Below are positions 1-11,046 of a stretch of DNA of 64,000 bases, piece after piece; the first letter of the stretch is position 1, and every line of letters starts with the position of its first letter. Under the pieces are notes generated by a model. It was not told the DNA's origin and searched no databases. It worked only from the letters and a program-made list of their open reading frames with translations. Source of the DNA: Occultella glacieicola (GTDB lineage: Bacteria; Actinomycetota; Actinomycetes; Actinomycetales; Beutenbergiaceae); NCBI RefSeq assembly GCF_004353825.1, contig NZ_SMNA01000005.1:62001-126000 (forward strand), given 5' to 3'. The position numbers and the translations under genes were made by a program.

Positions 1-523
1 TCGTGAGCACCTCGCGGTAACGGCGCGACTCCAGCAACGGGGCCAACGCCGTCGTGATCGCCCGGGACCCGACCACGCAGAGCGCGACGGCGAGCGCGCC
101 GCCGACCAGGGCGGCCAGCAGCGTCGCTGGCTCGCGGACCCAGGCCAGCGCCATGCCGAGGGCGAGCGCGACCATGGCGAAGCCCGGCACCGAGGTCAGG
201 CCGGCCGCGGTCAGGCCGGCGAGCAGGCTGCGCCTGGGCACCCCGTAGGTGACGAGCCGCTGTGGGTCCAGCGTGGCGTCCACGCCGAAGGCGAACAGCG
301 GGACCACCCACCAGGCGAGCACGGTCACGGCCCCGACGATCGTGACCACGTCCGTGGTGATGTGCGGGTCCGCGCGGACCCCGACGACGGTGCCGAAGAC
401 GGCCATGACGACCAGGCCGGCCGCGTACAGGGCCGCGAGGATGAAGCCGATCAACTGCCAGACGCTGCGCTTGAAGCTGTTCGCCATCAGCGTCAGGCGC
501 AGCCTCACGAAGAGCGCAACCAT
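1..523 (-). CDS. ABC-2 type transporter permease (runs off window edge)
   Basis: Read manually from ATG at 523: MVALFVRLRLTLMANSFKRSVWQLIGFILAALYAAG..., multiple hydrophobic helices, 'DATLDP' segment; start overlaps the 3' end of the upstream ABC ATPase. Confidence 0.8.
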   Translation of the reverse strand, partial: MVALFVRLRLTLMANSFKRSVWQLIGFILAALYAAGLVVMAVFGTVVGVRADPHITTDVVTIVGAVTVLAWWVVPLFAFGVDATLDPQRLVTYGVPRRSLLAGLTAAGLTSVPGFAMVALALGMALAWVREPATLLAALVGGALAVALCVVGSRAITTALAPLLESRRYREVLT

Positions 524-1407
524 GCCAACCCCTCCGCGCTCTGCCGCCCGCCGACCAGGTCGACGAACCGGTCCTCCAGACTGGCCCCGGCCCGGACCTC
601 GTCGACCGTGCCCGCCGCGAGGATCCGCCCGGAGGCGATGATCGCGACGTGGTCGCACATGCGCTGCACCAGGTCCATCACGTGCGAGGAGACCACCACG
701 GTGCCGCCGCTGCGCACGTAGGACGCGAGGATGTCGCGGATGTTCGCCGCGGAGACCGGGTCGACGGCCTCGAACGGCTCGTCGAGCACGAGGATCGCCG
801 GCGCGTGGATCAGCGCGGACGCCAGGGCGACCTTCTTGGTCATGCCGGCGGAGTAGTCGACCACGAGCGTCTTCGCGTCCGCGGCCAGGTCGAGCGCGCG
901 CAGCAGGTCCGCGGTGCGCTCGGCGACGACGTCCCGGTCCATGCCGCGCAGGAGCCCGGCGTAGGTGATCAGCTGTTCGCCGGTGAGCCGGTCGAACAGA
1001 CGCACGCCGTCGGGCAGGACCCCGAGCCGGCGCTTGCCCGCGACCGGGTCGGACCAGAAGTCGGCGCCGTGGATGCTCACGGTGCCGAAGTCGGGGCGGA
1101 GCAGGCCGGTGGCCATCGACAGCATGGTGGTCTTCCCGGCGCCGTTCGGCCCGACGATCCCGTAGAAGGAGCCGCTCGGGACGTCGAGGTCGACGCCGGC
1201 GACGGCGGTCTTGTCACCGAACCGCTTCCACAGGCCGCGGATCGAGAACGCGGCGTTCGGGTCCGGAGGCGGCGGCGGTGCGGTGGGCTGCGGAGCGCCC
1301 TGGGGCTGGCCGGCGACCGGCCGCGGTGGCCGGAGCGCATCGGGCGCGGGTGGGGCGAAGGGGTCCAGGCGGGGCGGACCCGAGGGCGGCGGTTGCTGGG
1401 CGGACAT
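505..1407 (-). CDS. ABC transporter ATP-binding protein
   Basis: Walker A GPNGAGKTT, signature YSAGM, Walker B LVLDEP, H-loop SSH; TACGGT -10 six nt before the ATG. Confidence 0.93.
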   Translation of the reverse strand: MSAQQPPPSGPPRLDPFAPPAPDALRPPRPVAGQPQGAPQPTAPPPPPDPNAAFSIRGLWKRFGDKTAVAGVDLDVPSGSFYGIVGPNGAGKTTMLSMATGLLRPDFGTVSIHGADFWSDPVAGKRRLGVLPDGVRLFDRLTGEQLITYAGLLRGMDRDVVAERTADLLRALDLAADAKTLVVDYSAGMTKKVALASALIHAPAILVLDEPFEAVDPVSAANIRDILASYVRSGGTVVVSSHVMDLVQRMCDHVAIIASGRILAAGTVDEVRAGASLEDRFVDLVGGRQSAEGLAWLRSS

Positions 1408-1480
1408 GGCACCACCGTAGGCGGTGTCCGGGCCCGACGGCGGAGCGTGGGTTCGCCGTCAGCGCGTCAGTTCCGCGCAT

Positions 1481-1502
1481 TGTCGGTGACCGATGCGAGA
1501 GT
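1481..1502 (+). promoter_or_regulatory. PafBC/RecA-NDp-like DNA-damage promoter for rmuC
   Basis: TGTCGG-N10-GAGAGT, 7 nt before ATG 1510; consensus TGTCGG-N10-TANNNT with one mismatch. Confidence 0.6.
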
Positions 1503-1509
1503 GGAGGAC

Positions 1510-3207
1510 ATGGACGTCATCGGGGTTCTTCTGGCCGTCGCGGCGCTGTTCGCGGGCGTCGCCGCAGGGTGGTTCGCCGGCCGCGCGGGCGGTGCCGGAC
1601 TGCGCGAGCAGCTCGCCTCCGAACGCAGGTCCGCCGAGCAGCAGGTGACCACCCTGGAGCGCGCCCACACCGAGCGGGTCGGGGCCCTCGAGCGCAACGG
1701 GGCCGAGCAGGTCGCCGCGCTCGAGCGTGCCCAGGCGGCCCGGCTGGAGGACGAGCGGGCCGGCTTCGCCGAACGCCTCGCGGCCCAGCAGGAGCACTTC
1801 ACGCAGCGGCTCGAGCAGCAGGCCGAGGCCGCGCGCGAGCGGTTGGGCGCGGAACGCGCCGACGCCCAGGGCCGCCTCGAGACGGAGCGGGCGGCCGCCC
1901 GAGAACGGCTCGAGGCCGAGCAGGCCGCCACGAAGGAGCGTCTGGACGAGATGCGCGCGGATCAGAAGCGACTCTCGGACGACTTCGAGGCCCTGTCCCG
2001 CAAGGCCCTGGCCGCCAACACCCAGGCGTTCCTGGAGCAGGCCGAGGAACGGTTCAAGCGCGCCCAGCAGGCCGGGGACGCCGAACTGGCCAAGCGGGAG
2101 CAGGCGGTCAAGGCCCTCGTCGAACCGCTGAGCCGGACCCTCGGTGAGGTCAGGGCGGAGATGACCAGCGCGGAGAAGGCCCGCCTGGCCGCCCATTCCA
2201 CACTGGCCGAGCAGGTCAACCAGATGCGCACCTCCTCGGAGTCGCTGCGCACCGAGACCAGCCAGCTCGTCACGGCGCTGCGGGCACCGCAGGTGCGCGG
2301 CCGCTGGGGCGAGCTCCAGTTGCGCCGGGTCGTCGAGGCGGCCGGCATGGTCGAGCACGTGGACTTCGAGGAGCAGGAGACGGTCGCGACCGACGACGGC
2401 AACCTCCGCCCCGACCTCGTGGTGAAGCTGCCGGGCGGCAAGCAGGTGATCGTGGACGCGAAGGTGGCCTTCAGCGGCTACCTCGAGGCGATGGAGGCCA
2501 AGGACGACGCCGTCCGGACCAAGCGTCTGCAGGCGCACGCCCGGCACGTGCGCACCCACGTCGAGAGCCTCGGCGCGAAGGCGTACTGGGACCACTTCGA
2601 GAACACACCGGAGTTCGTGGTGATGTTCCTGCCGGCGGAGACGTTCCTCAATGCCGCCCTGGAGCAGGACCCCACGATCCTGGAGCACGCGTTCGAGCGG
2701 AACGTGGTGCTGGCCACCCCGGCCACGCTGGTCGCGCTACTGCGCACGGTCGCCTACACGTGGCGCCAGGAGATGCTTGCCGCCGAGGCGCAGCAGGTGT
2801 TCACCGTCGGCCGGGAACTGCACAAGCGGCTGGGAACCATGGGGCGGCACCTGGAGACGCTGTCCAAGCGGCTGAACTCGACCGTGGACGCGTTCAACAA
2901 GCTCAACTCCTCCCTGGACTCCCAGGTCATCACGCAGGCGCGCCGGTTCAGCGCCCTGCAGGGCCTCGAACCGGCCATGGATGTGCCGCCGCCGCTGGAG
3001 ATCCTGGCCGTGCCCGCGCAGAAGTCCGACGTCCACGGCCCGGAGATCACGAGCGGGCCGCGGCGCCGGCGCGGTTCGGCGGATGCGCGGGCCCGCGCCG
3101 AACGCGACCTCGTCCTGGGCTCCGGCTCGGACGATCTGCTCGACCTGTTCGAGTCCGACGGCGGTGACGAGTCCGACCGCGACACCAAGCGGGCCACGGG
3201 CACGTGA
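1510..3207 (+). CDS. rmuC: DNA recombination protein RmuC
   Basis: N-terminal TM helix, long coiled coil, RGRWGELQL, RPDLVVKLPGGKQVIVDAK nuclease-like motif, PEFVVMFLP; start at MDVIGV. Confidence 0.93.
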   Translation: MDVIGVLLAVAALFAGVAAGWFAGRAGGAGLREQLASERRSAEQQVTTLERAHTERVGALERNGAEQVAALERAQAARLEDERAGFAERLAAQQEHFTQRLEQQAEAARERLGAERADAQGRLETERAAARERLEAEQAATKERLDEMRADQKRLSDDFEALSRKALAANTQAFLEQAEERFKRAQQAGDAELAKREQAVKALVEPLSRTLGEVRAEMTSAEKARLAAHSTLAEQVNQMRTSSESLRTETSQLVTALRAPQVRGRWGELQLRRVVEAAGMVEHVDFEEQETVATDDGNLRPDLVVKLPGGKQVIVDAKVAFSGYLEAMEAKDDAVRTKRLQAHARHVRTHVESLGAKAYWDHFENTPEFVVMFLPAETFLNAALEQDPTILEHAFERNVVLATPATLVALLRTVAYTWRQEMLAAEAQQVFTVGRELHKRLGTMGRHLETLSKRLNSTVDAFNKLNSSLDSQVITQARRFSALQGLEPAMDVPPPLEILAVPAQKSDVHGPEITSGPRRRRGSADARARAERDLVLGSGSDDLLDLFESDGGDESDRDTKRATGT

Positions 3208-3307
3208 CGCGAGTGGTCCCGGCCGCACGCGCGGACGTGGCGCGGGTGGTCCGCGGGCGCCCACCGGCGATGACGACGATGTCCCCACGGTAGGGCACCC
3301 TAGGGGG

Positions 3308-4588
3308 ATGAGCGGTCCGACGAACGGCCCGGGCGACCTGCCCGCCAAGGCCCTGGAGACCACGGCCGAGCGGCCCTGGCCGGTGCGGCTCCTCGCTGCG
3401 AAGATCGCCGACTACGTGGACCGGATGGCGCCCGTCTGGGTCGAGGGTCAACTGGTCCAGGTGAACGCCCACAACGCCTCGGCCTCGGCCTACCTGACCC
3501 TGCGGGACACGGACGTGGACATGTCCTTGTCCGTGACCATGCTCAAGCGGCTCCTCGCCGCCCGCGGGGAGTCCATCACCGAGGGCGCCCACGTGGTGGT
3601 GCACGCCAAGCCGAGCTTCTGGACCAAGCGCGGCACGCTCAGCCTGCGTGCGAACGATATCCGGGCTCTCGGGCTCGGGGAGCTCCTGGCCCGGATCGAG
3701 CACCTCAAGCGGGTGCTCGCCGCCGAGGGGCTCTTCGACGCCGAGCGCAAGCGGCCCCTGCCGTTCCTGCCGGGGCGGGTCGGGTTGATCTGCGGCGCGA
3801 ACGCCAAGGCCAAGCACGACGTCCTCGTGAACGCCCGGGCCAGGTGGCCCCAGGTCCATTTCGAGATCCGGGAGGTCGCCGTGCAGGGCCCGCACTGCGT
3901 GCCCGAGGTCAGCCGCGCGATCGCGGACCTGGACGCCGATCCCGACGTCGAGGTGATCGTGATCGCCCGGGGTGGCGGCTCGGTCGAGGACCTCCTGCCG
4001 TTCTCCAACGAGGCGATGGTGCGCGCCGCCGCGAAGTGCGCGACGCCGCTGGTGTCCGCGATCGGCCACGAGACGGACGCCCCGCTGCTGGACCTGGTCG
4101 CCGATTACCGCGCCTCGACCCCCACCGATGCCGCGAAGCGGATCGTGCCCGACGTCACCCAGGAGCTGGCCCGGATCGCCCAGGCCCGGGAGCGGATGAC
4201 GAGCGCCCTGACCCGGCGGCTACGCACCGAGAGCGAGCGGCTGGCCGCGCTCCGGGACCGCCCGGTGCTCGCGGACCCGACGTCGATCGTCGGCCCGCGG
4301 CTGCACGCCCTGGAGCGGGCCCGTGCGGCCGGACGTGCCGCCGTCGGGCATCGACTCGACCGCGCCGACGCGGACCTGACGAACCTGCGGACGGCGCTGC
4401 GCACCCTGTCCCCGCAGGCGACGCTGGAACGGGGCTACGCCGTGCTGCGCACCGACGACGGCGCCGTGGTGCGCTCGCCTGCACAGGTCACGGTCGGTGA
4501 GGGCCTCTCCGCGCTGGTCGCCGGCGGCCGCCTGGGGGTCACGGTTCGGGACGTCGGTACGCGCACCGACGACGAGGTGGTTGGATGA
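3308..4588 (+). CDS. xseA: Exodeoxyribonuclease VII large subunit
   Basis: OB-fold N-terminus (VWVEGQ), [51 protein letters not shown]. Confidence 0.96.
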   Translation: MSGPTNGPGDLPAKALETTAERPWPVRLLAAKIADYVDRMAPVWVEGQLVQVNAHNASASAYLTLRDTDVDMSLSVTMLKRLLAARGESITEGAHVVVHAKPSFWTKRGTLSLRANDIRALGLGELLARIEHLKRVLAAEGLFDAERKRPLPFLPGRVGLICGANAKAKHDVLVNARARWPQVHFEIREVAVQGPHCVPEVSRAIADLDADPDVEVIVIARGGGSVEDLLPFSNEAMVRAAAKCATPLVSAIGHETDAPLLDLVADYRASTPTDAAKRIVPDVTQELARIAQARERMTSALTRRLRTESERLAALRDRPVLADPTSIVGPRLHALERARAAGRAAVGHRLDRADADLTNLRTALRTLSPQATLERGYAVLRTDDGAVVRSPAQVTVGEGLSALVAGGRLGVTVRDVGTRTDDEVVG

Positions 4589-4872
4589 ACGCCGTGAACA
4601 CTCCGGATGTTGCGGAACTCAGCTACGAGCAGGCTCGGGACGAACTCGTCGAGGTGGTCGGTCGCCTCGAGTCCGGCGCCGCCAACCTCGAGGACTCCCT
4701 CGCGCTCTGGGAGCGTGGCGAGGCCCTCGCCGACCGCTGCCAACGGTGGCTCGACGCCGCCAGGGACCGGCTCGCGGCCGCGAAGGGGGACGTCACGGTC
4801 TCACTCGTGGAGCCCGACGCCGACGTCGTCGCGGACAGCCCGGCCGAGGCCGACGAGGACGCCGGCTCATGA
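4585..4872 (+). CDS. xseB: Exodeoxyribonuclease VII small subunit
   Basis: [36 protein letters not shown] overlap with xseA. Confidence 0.96.
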   Translation: MNAVNTPDVAELSYEQARDELVEVVGRLESGAANLEDSLALWERGEALADRCQRWLDAARDRLAAAKGDVTVSLVEPDADVVADSPAEADEDAGS

Positions 4873-5792
4873 CGCACGCGCTGGTCATCGGGGAGGCCCT
4901 CGTCGACGTGGTCCACGCAGCCGACGGGACCGTGACCGAGCACCCGGGCGGCTCCCCGGCGAACGTCGCGCTCGGCCTGGCCCGACTCGGACGGGACGCC
5001 GAGCTGGCCACCTGGTTCTCCGACGACGCCCACGGCGCCCTGGTCCGCGACCACCTGACCGGCAACGGGGTACGCCTGGTGCCGCTGTCCGATCGCGCCG
5101 ACCGCACGTCGACCGCCGTCGCGACCCTCGACGCCGACGGCGCCGCGACCTACACGTTCGATCTCGACTGGCGGGTGCCCGAGGTGACGCTGGACGGCGA
5201 CCTGGTCGTGGTGCACGTCGGCTCGATCGGCGCCACCCTGCAGCCCGGCGGTGCCGCGGTCGCCGAACTCGTGGTGGCGGCCCGGGAGTTCGCCACGATC
5301 TCCTACGACCCGAACGCGCGGCCCTCGATCATGGGCACGGCAGCTCAGACGCTGCCCACGGTCACCGGGCTGGTCGCCGGTGCGGATCTGGTCAAGGTCT
5401 CCGACGAGGACGTCGCCTGGCTGCAGCCGGGCCGCGATCCGCAGGACGTGGTCCGGGCCTGGGCGGCCTCCGGTCCCGCCGTGGTCGTGCTGACCCGAGG
5501 CGGCGCCGGATCCTTCGCCGTCACCAGCACCGGCGTCGAGGTCACCCTCGATTCTCCCCGGGTGCAGGTGGTCGACACCGTCGGGGCCGGCGACTCCTAC
5601 ATGGGCGGGCTCATCGACGGGCTCTGGAGCGCCGACCTGCTCGGCGCCGACCGGCGCGAAGCCCTGCACGCCGTCGACGCCGACGCCCTCCGCGCCGTGA
5701 TGGGGCACGCGGCGGCGATCGCCGCGATCACCGTCTCCCGGGCCGGCGCCAGCCCTCCCACCCGCAGCGAACTCGAAAGTGGTGACCGATGA
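4869..5792 (+). CDS. PfkB-family carbohydrate kinase (fructokinase-like)
   Basis: [31 protein letters not shown] PfkB signature. Confidence 0.9.
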   Translation: MTHALVIGEALVDVVHAADGTVTEHPGGSPANVALGLARLGRDAELATWFSDDAHGALVRDHLTGNGVRLVPLSDRADRTSTAVATLDADGAATYTFDLDWRVPEVTLDGDLVVVHVGSIGATLQPGGAAVAELVVAAREFATISYDPNARPSIMGTAAQTLPTVTGLVAGADLVKVSDEDVAWLQPGRDPQDVVRAWAASGPAVVVLTRGGAGSFAVTSTGVEVTLDSPRVQVVDTVGAGDSYMGGLIDGLWSADLLGADRREALHAVDADALRAVMGHAAAIAAITVSRAGASPPTRSELESGDR

Positions 5793-6448
5793 ACCGACGC
5801 CCCACCCCGGCCCAGGCCTGGGCCGAACTCATGGCCGGGAACACCCGCTTCGTCGACGGGCGGATGGAGCACCCGAGCCAGGGTGTGGACCGGCGCGCCG
5901 AGGTCTCCACGGAACAGCACCCGTTCGCGGTCCTGTTCGGGTGCTCGGACTCGCGGGTGGCGGCCGAGATCATCTTCGACCGCGGCCTCGGTGACATGTT
6001 CGTGGTCCGCACCGCCGGGCATGTGGTGGACACCACCGTGCTGGGGTCCATCGAGTACGGGGTGGACATCCTCGGCGCCCCGCTCGTGGTGGTGCTCGGC
6101 CACGACCACTGCGGCGCCGTCGGGGCGGCGAGCCACGCCCTCGCCACCGGGGAACTGCCGTCCGGCTTCGTGCGCGCGATCGTGGACCGGGTGATCCCGA
6201 GCCTGGTCACCCGCAGCGACCCGTCCTGGTCGCTCTCGGACTTCTTCCACGACGACAGTCGGACCATGCGGATCCCGGACGCGGACGAACTGCGCCGCGA
6301 GCACGTGCGAGCCACGGTCCGGATGCTGCAGAGCTACTCCGCGAGCCTGGCCGAGGCCGTGCGACAGGGCCGGTGCGCGATCGTCGGGGTCGAGTACACG
6401 CTCGCCGACGGCCGGGCCTCCGTGGTGGAGACCATCGGCAAGATCTGA
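5789..6448 (+). CDS. Beta-class carbonic anhydrase
   Basis: Zn ligands GCSDSRV and GHDHCGAV; FDRGLGDMFVVRTAG. Confidence 0.93.
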   Translation: MNRRPTPAQAWAELMAGNTRFVDGRMEHPSQGVDRRAEVSTEQHPFAVLFGCSDSRVAAEIIFDRGLGDMFVVRTAGHVVDTTVLGSIEYGVDILGAPLVVVLGHDHCGAVGAASHALATGELPSGFVRAIVDRVIPSLVTRSDPSWSLSDFFHDDSRTMRIPDADELRREHVRATVRMLQSYSASLAEAVRQGRCAIVGVEYTLADGRASVVETIGKI

Positions 6449-6457
6449 GCGTCCGGC

Positions 6458-7726
6458 TCAGGATGCGGCGGCGTCCTCGCGGGCCGCACGCTCCTTCGCC
6501 CGAGCGGTGGCACGCTGCCGGGCCTTGGCCGCGTCGGCGTCGATCGACGCGGCCTTGTCGTCGTCCCGGGTGAGGCTGTCCTGGCTCTCCGGGTCGAACA
6601 CGTGCACCGACGCTGGATCGAACCAGAGCGTGGCGGCGTCACCGTCCCGGATGCTGCTCAGGGAGTCCAGGGCCACCACCAGCTGGGTCCGCATGCCCTC
6701 CCCGTCGAGCTCCCGGTCGAGCTCCTCGAGCTGCTTCTGGACTGCCGGGTCGGTCTCGAACGGCACGTAGGCATACAGTTCGGACCCGAGCCACTCGGTG
6801 ACGTCCACGTCGGCGTCGAACGTGACGCCGTCGCCGCGTTTGTCCGAGCTGACCACGTCGGCGTCCTCGAAGGCGTCCGGGCGGATCCCGACGATAACCA
6901 GGTCACGGCTGCCGATCGCGGTCCGCAGGCGTTCGTCCATCGGGATCCGCGCGAACGGCACCACCAGGTGGTCGCCGTCCACGCGGCCGGGCAGGAAGTT
7001 CATCGGTGGCGAGCCGATGAACCCGGCCACGAACAGATTGACCGGCTGGTCGTAGAGTGCCCGCGGGCTGGCCACCTGCTGCAGGACTCCGCGGCGGAGC
7101 ACGGCCACCCGGTCGCCGAGCGTCATCGCCTCGGTCTGGTCGTGCGTGACGTACACCGTGGTGGTCGCGAGCCGGCGCTGTAGCCGGGCGATCTCGGTGC
7201 GCATCTGACCGCGGAGCTTGGCGTCCAGGTTGGACAGCGGCTCGTCGAACAGGAACGCCTGGGCCTGGCGCACGATCGCGCGGCCCATCGCGACCCGCTG
7301 GCGCTGTCCACCGGAGAGGTTGGCGGGCTTGCGGTCCAGGTGCTCGTCGAGCTCGAGCAGCGACGAGGCGTTGCGGACCCGGGAGTCGATCTCGGAGTCC
7401 GAGTACTGACCCTTCGTCAGCCGCAGCGGGAACGCGATGTTCTCGTACACGGTCAGGTGCGGGTAGAGCGCGTAGTTCTGGAACACCATCGCGAGGTCCC
7501 GGTTCCGCGGGGCGAGGTCGTTGACCCGCTTCCCGTCGATCTCGAGGTCACCGGACGTGATGTCCTCGAGGCCCACGATCATCCGCAACAGCGTCGACTT
7601 CCCGCAGCCGGAGGGACCGACCAGGATCACGAACTCGCCGTCGGCGATGTCCAGGCTCACGTCGTTCACGGCCGGGAACCCGTCGCCGTACTGCTTCACG
7701 ATGTGGTTCAAGGTGATCGACGCCAT
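6458..7726 (-). CDS. sugC: Sugar ABC transporter ATP-binding subunit (SugC/MalK type)
   Basis: [50 protein letters not shown]. Confidence 0.88.
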   Translation of the reverse strand: MASITLNHIVKQYGDGFPAVNDVSLDIADGEFVILVGPSGCGKSTLLRMIVGLEDITSGDLEIDGKRVNDLAPRNRDLAMVFQNYALYPHLTVYENIAFPLRLTKGQYSDSEIDSRVRNASSLLELDEHLDRKPANLSGGQRQRVAMGRAIVRQAQAFLFDEPLSNLDAKLRGQMRTEIARLQRRLATTTVYVTHDQTEAMTLGDRVAVLRRGVLQQVASPRALYDQPVNLFVAGFIGSPPMNFLPGRVDGDHLVVPFARIPMDERLRTAIGSRDLVIVGIRPDAFEDADVVSSDKRGDGVTFDADVDVTEWLGSELYAYVPFETDPAVQKQLEELDRELDGEGMRTQLVVALDSLSSIRDGDAATLWFDPASVHVFDPESQDSLTRDDDKAASIDADAAKARQRATARAKERAAREDAAAS

Positions 7727-7762
7727 CTCCGATGTCTCCTTCTAGTCGTTCGCGTCAGGGCC

Positions 7763-8608
7763 TCAGCCCTTGACGGCTCCCTGGGTCAGTCCGGCCACGA
7801 TCTGTCGTTGGAAGAGCAGCACCAGCACGATCACCGGGACGGTCACCACCACGGCTGCCGCCGAGATGGCGCCGGTCGGATCCTCGAAGTAGGACTCGCC
7901 GGTGAAGAACGCGAGCGCCGCGGGTACCGGCCGCGCGGCACTGGTGGAGGTCAGCGAGATCCCGTACACGAAGTCGTTCCAGGCGATGAAGAACGCGATC
8001 AGCGCGGTCGTGAACACACCGGGCGCGGCCAGCGGGACGATCGCCTTGCGGAAGGCCTGCATCGGCGTGGCCCCGTCCACCTGGGCGGCCTGCTCCAGCT
8101 CCCACGGGATCTGCCGGAAGAACGCCGCGAGGGTCCACATCGAGATCGGCAGGGTCAGCGACAGGTACGGGATGATCAGCCCGGCCCAGGTGTCGTAGAG
8201 CCCGATCGAGCGCCAGATGTTGAACAGCGGCGTCACGATCGAGATCACCGGGAAGATCGAGACCCCCAGCGCCGTGGTCAGCACCAGCCGCTTGCCGGGG
8301 AAGTCCAGCCGGGCGATCGCGTACGCCGCCACGGTGGCCAGCACCACGGCGATGAGGGTCGCGATCAGCGAGATGCCGATGGAGTTGCGCAGCGCGGGCA
8401 GGAACAGGTCCCGGGCCGAACCGTCCGGGGCGAGGATCTGCGCGTAGTTCTCCCACGTCCACGTGGTCGGCAGGAACCTGCCGGAACTGAGGTCGCCCGG
8501 GAGCTTGAAGGAGGTGGCCAGGATGGACAGGACCGGGAACAGCGCGTAGACGAGCACGAGCACCGTGATGAGCACCCACCACAGTTTCTGGCGTCCGGTG
8601 AGAGCCAT
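7763..8608 (-). CDS. sugB: Sugar ABC transporter permease (SugB-like)
   Basis: EAA loop ELEQAAQVDGAT; C-terminal QRQIVAGLTQGAVKG; start MALTGRQK. Confidence 0.85.
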   Translation of the reverse strand: MALTGRQKLWWVLITVLVLVYALFPVLSILATSFKLPGDLSSGRFLPTTWTWENYAQILAPDGSARDLFLPALRNSIGISLIATLIAVVLATVAAYAIARLDFPGKRLVLTTALGVSIFPVISIVTPLFNIWRSIGLYDTWAGLIIPYLSLTLPISMWTLAAFFRQIPWELEQAAQVDGATPMQAFRKAIVPLAAPGVFTTALIAFFIAWNDFVYGISLTSTSAARPVPAALAFFTGESYFEDPTGAISAAAVVVTVPVIVLVLLFQRQIVAGLTQGAVKG

Positions 8609-9588
8609 CAGTTGCCTCCTCGCGCGCTGGAGAGGTCGACCTTGAAGAGTTTGATCGCCACGAAGCAGATCAGCACCACGGACAGGAACAGCAGCACCGA
8701 GACGGCGGACCCGAGCCCGATCTCCAGGCGCCCGATCGAGGTCCGGTAGGCGAGCAGCGAGAGCACCGTGGTGCCGTTCGCACCGTTCGTCATCACGAAG
8801 ACGTTGTCGAAGATGCGGAACGCGTCGAGCGCCCGGAACAGCACGGCCACCATGATCGCGGCCTTCATGTTCGGCACGATCACGCGCTTGAACACCTGCC
8901 AGGAGGTCGCGCCGTCGACCTTGGCGGCCTCCTCGAGCTCGCCCGGGACCTGGGCGAGGCCGGCCAGCAACAGCAGCGAGATGAAGGGCGTCGTCTTCCA
9001 GATCTCGGAGGCCATGATCACGAACAGGCTGGTGCCCTGGCTCGCGAACCAGTTCAGGTCCTCGCTGACCCCCGGGACCCAGTCGAACCAGGAGTTCACG
9101 TACCCGGAACTGATGTCGAACGCGTAGAACCAGGCGAACGCGGAGACCACCGTGATGATCCCGTAGGGCACCAGGATCGCGGTCCGCAGGATCCCGCGCA
9201 GGCTCTTGATGGCCCGGTGCATGACCAGGGCGAGGGCGAACCCGATCACGAGTTCGACCGCCACGGTCACCACCATGATGAACAACGTCACCCACATCGC
9301 GGACCAGAACACCGGGTCGCTGAGCACCACCGCGTAGTTGCCGAACCCGACGAACTCGTTGGCGTCCGGCGCGGTCAGCCGGATCCGGGAGAGGGAGTCG
9401 ATGAACGCCTGCACGATGGGGTAGAGCGTGACGGCGAGCATGACGATGAAGGCCGGCGCGGCGAGCAGGATTCCGAGCCGGGCCTCGGATCGGGCCCGGT
9501 CGCTCGCGCGTGGCCTTGCGCTCCTGCCGCGCCGGTCGGGCTTGTTGACGTCGGTCGCGGGCGCGGGCCCGCTCGCACTGTGACTCAC
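8608..9588 (-). CDS. sugA: Sugar ABC transporter permease (SugA-like)
   Basis: WKTTPFISLLLLAGL, EEAAKVDGAT, FRALDAFRIFD; GTG start overlapping the SBP stop. Confidence 0.85.
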   Translation of the reverse strand: MSHSASGPAPATDVNKPDRRGRSARPRASDRARSEARLGILLAAPAFIVMLAVTLYPIVQAFIDSLSRIRLTAPDANEFVGFGNYAVVLSDPVFWSAMWVTLFIMVVTVAVELVIGFALALVMHRAIKSLRGILRTAILVPYGIITVVSAFAWFYAFDISSGYVNSWFDWVPGVSEDLNWFASQGTSLFVIMASEIWKTTPFISLLLLAGLAQVPGELEEAAKVDGATSWQVFKRVIVPNMKAAIMVAVLFRALDAFRIFDNVFVMTNGANGTTVLSLLAYRTSIGRLEIGLGSAVSVLLFLSVVLICFVAIKLFKVDLSSARGGN

Positions 9589-10871
9589 AGCAGACGCTCC
9601 CCTCTCAGGACGGCGGTGATGAGTTCGGTGGCCGCCTCCGGAGTCGTGTCCGGGTCGACGCTGGAGACCGGGTGCCAGGTCTCCTGCAGACCGGTGCTGA
9701 TCTCGTTGTAGAGGGGGGTCTGCGGCCGGGGCACCGCCTGTTCGAGCGAGTCCCGGATGAGTTCGTACATCGGGAAGGTCGCCTGGACCTCGGGGTCCTC
9801 GTAGGCCTCGGTGTTCGAGGCGGGGTTCCCGTCGTTGACCATGTAGAACGCCTGGTGCTCGGGGGTGACGATGCACTGGGCGGCCTCGAACGCCAGGTCG
9901 GTGTGGTCGCTGAACGCACCGATGCCGAGGTTGATCCCGCCGACCGGCGGCGCGGAGTCCGTGCCCTCGGTGACCGCCGGGTAGAGCGCCCAGCCGAAGT
10001 CGTCGAGCACCGACTGGTCGATGAGGCCGTCCTCGACCGCCTGTTGCGTGGACGTCCACACGAACGGCCAGTTCACCATGAACGAGGCGTCGTCACCCTG
10101 GAACAGTTGCAGCGATGCGGACTCGTCGGCGGTGGGCAGGCCGGGACCGCCGAGACCCTCGCGACCGATCTGCCCCATGATCCGGGCCGCCTCACGTCCG
10201 GCGTCGGTCTCCAGGCCCAGCTCGGTGTCCTCCGCGCTCGCGCCCGGGTTCTCGATGATCTGCCCGCCGGCCGAGGTGATCAGGGCGTTGATCCAGACCG
10301 TGAGGGACTCCCCCTTGATCCCCTGCACCGCGAGATAGCGGTCCTGATCGGTAGCCACCTCGATCAACTGGTCCCAGGTGACCGGCTGCGACATGTCCAG
10401 CCCGGCCTCCTCGACCACCGACTCGCGGTACCAGAGCAGCTGGGTGTTGGCCCAGAACGGGATCGCGACGAGTTCGTCGTTCCAGGTCGCCGAGTCCAGC
10501 GAGCCCTGCACCACGTTCTGCGAGACGTCCTCGGCCACGTCCTCGGGGACCGGCGCGAGGAAGCCTGGCTCGGACAGCTCCGGGATGAACGGCGGATCCA
10601 GGCTCATCAGGTCGATCGACCTGTCCTCCGCGGCGAGGCGGCGCGCGAGCTGTTCCCGCTGGGCCGCGGCGTCACGCGGCAGCAGCACCGTCTCGATGGT
10701 GTAGGCGCCGTCCGCGGCCTCCGTGCATTCCGCCGCGATCTGCGCCTGGCCGCCGTTGTCGGAGTTGATGTACCAGTTCAGGGTGGGCGGCCCTTCGTCG
10801 GGCGCACACCCGGCGACCGTCACCGCGAGCGCGGCTCCGAGGGTCGCCGCGACCATTCGGTTTCGACGCAC
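9585..10871 (-). CDS. lpqY: Sugar-binding lipoprotein (LpqY-like, trehalose-type by similarity)
   Basis: Lipobox VAGC; QREQLARRLAAED, NTQLLWYR, FMVNWPFV, GGINLG; GGAGG RBS before GTG. Substrate is inferred, not shown. Confidence 0.7.
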   Translation of the reverse strand: MRRNRMVAATLGAALAVTVAGCAPDEGPPTLNWYINSDNGGQAQIAAECTEAADGAYTIETVLLPRDAAAQREQLARRLAAEDRSIDLMSLDPPFIPELSEPGFLAPVPEDVAEDVSQNVVQGSLDSATWNDELVAIPFWANTQLLWYRESVVEEAGLDMSQPVTWDQLIEVATDQDRYLAVQGIKGESLTVWINALITSAGGQIIENPGASAEDTELGLETDAGREAARIMGQIGREGLGGPGLPTADESASLQLFQGDDASFMVNWPFVWTSTQQAVEDGLIDQSVLDDFGWALYPAVTEGTDSAPPVGGINLGIGAFSDHTDLAFEAAQCIVTPEHQAFYMVNDGNPASNTEAYEDPEVQATFPMYELIRDSLEQAVPRPQTPLYNEISTGLQETWHPVSSVDPDTTPEAATELITAVLRGERLL

Positions 10872-11046
10872 CGGTCCTCCCAGAATCGCGTCTTCGCTGG
10901 ATCTTGGCGCCCAGCCAACACCCGATCGGTGCGGCGCGCACGTCGAGGGCCCGCACGCCCACCGACCGGCGGGCCGGACGCCACGGCCCGGGAACGCACG
11001 AGCCAGGCCGGCCCCTGGGGGCTCCGACCTGGCTCGCGGCGGGCGT

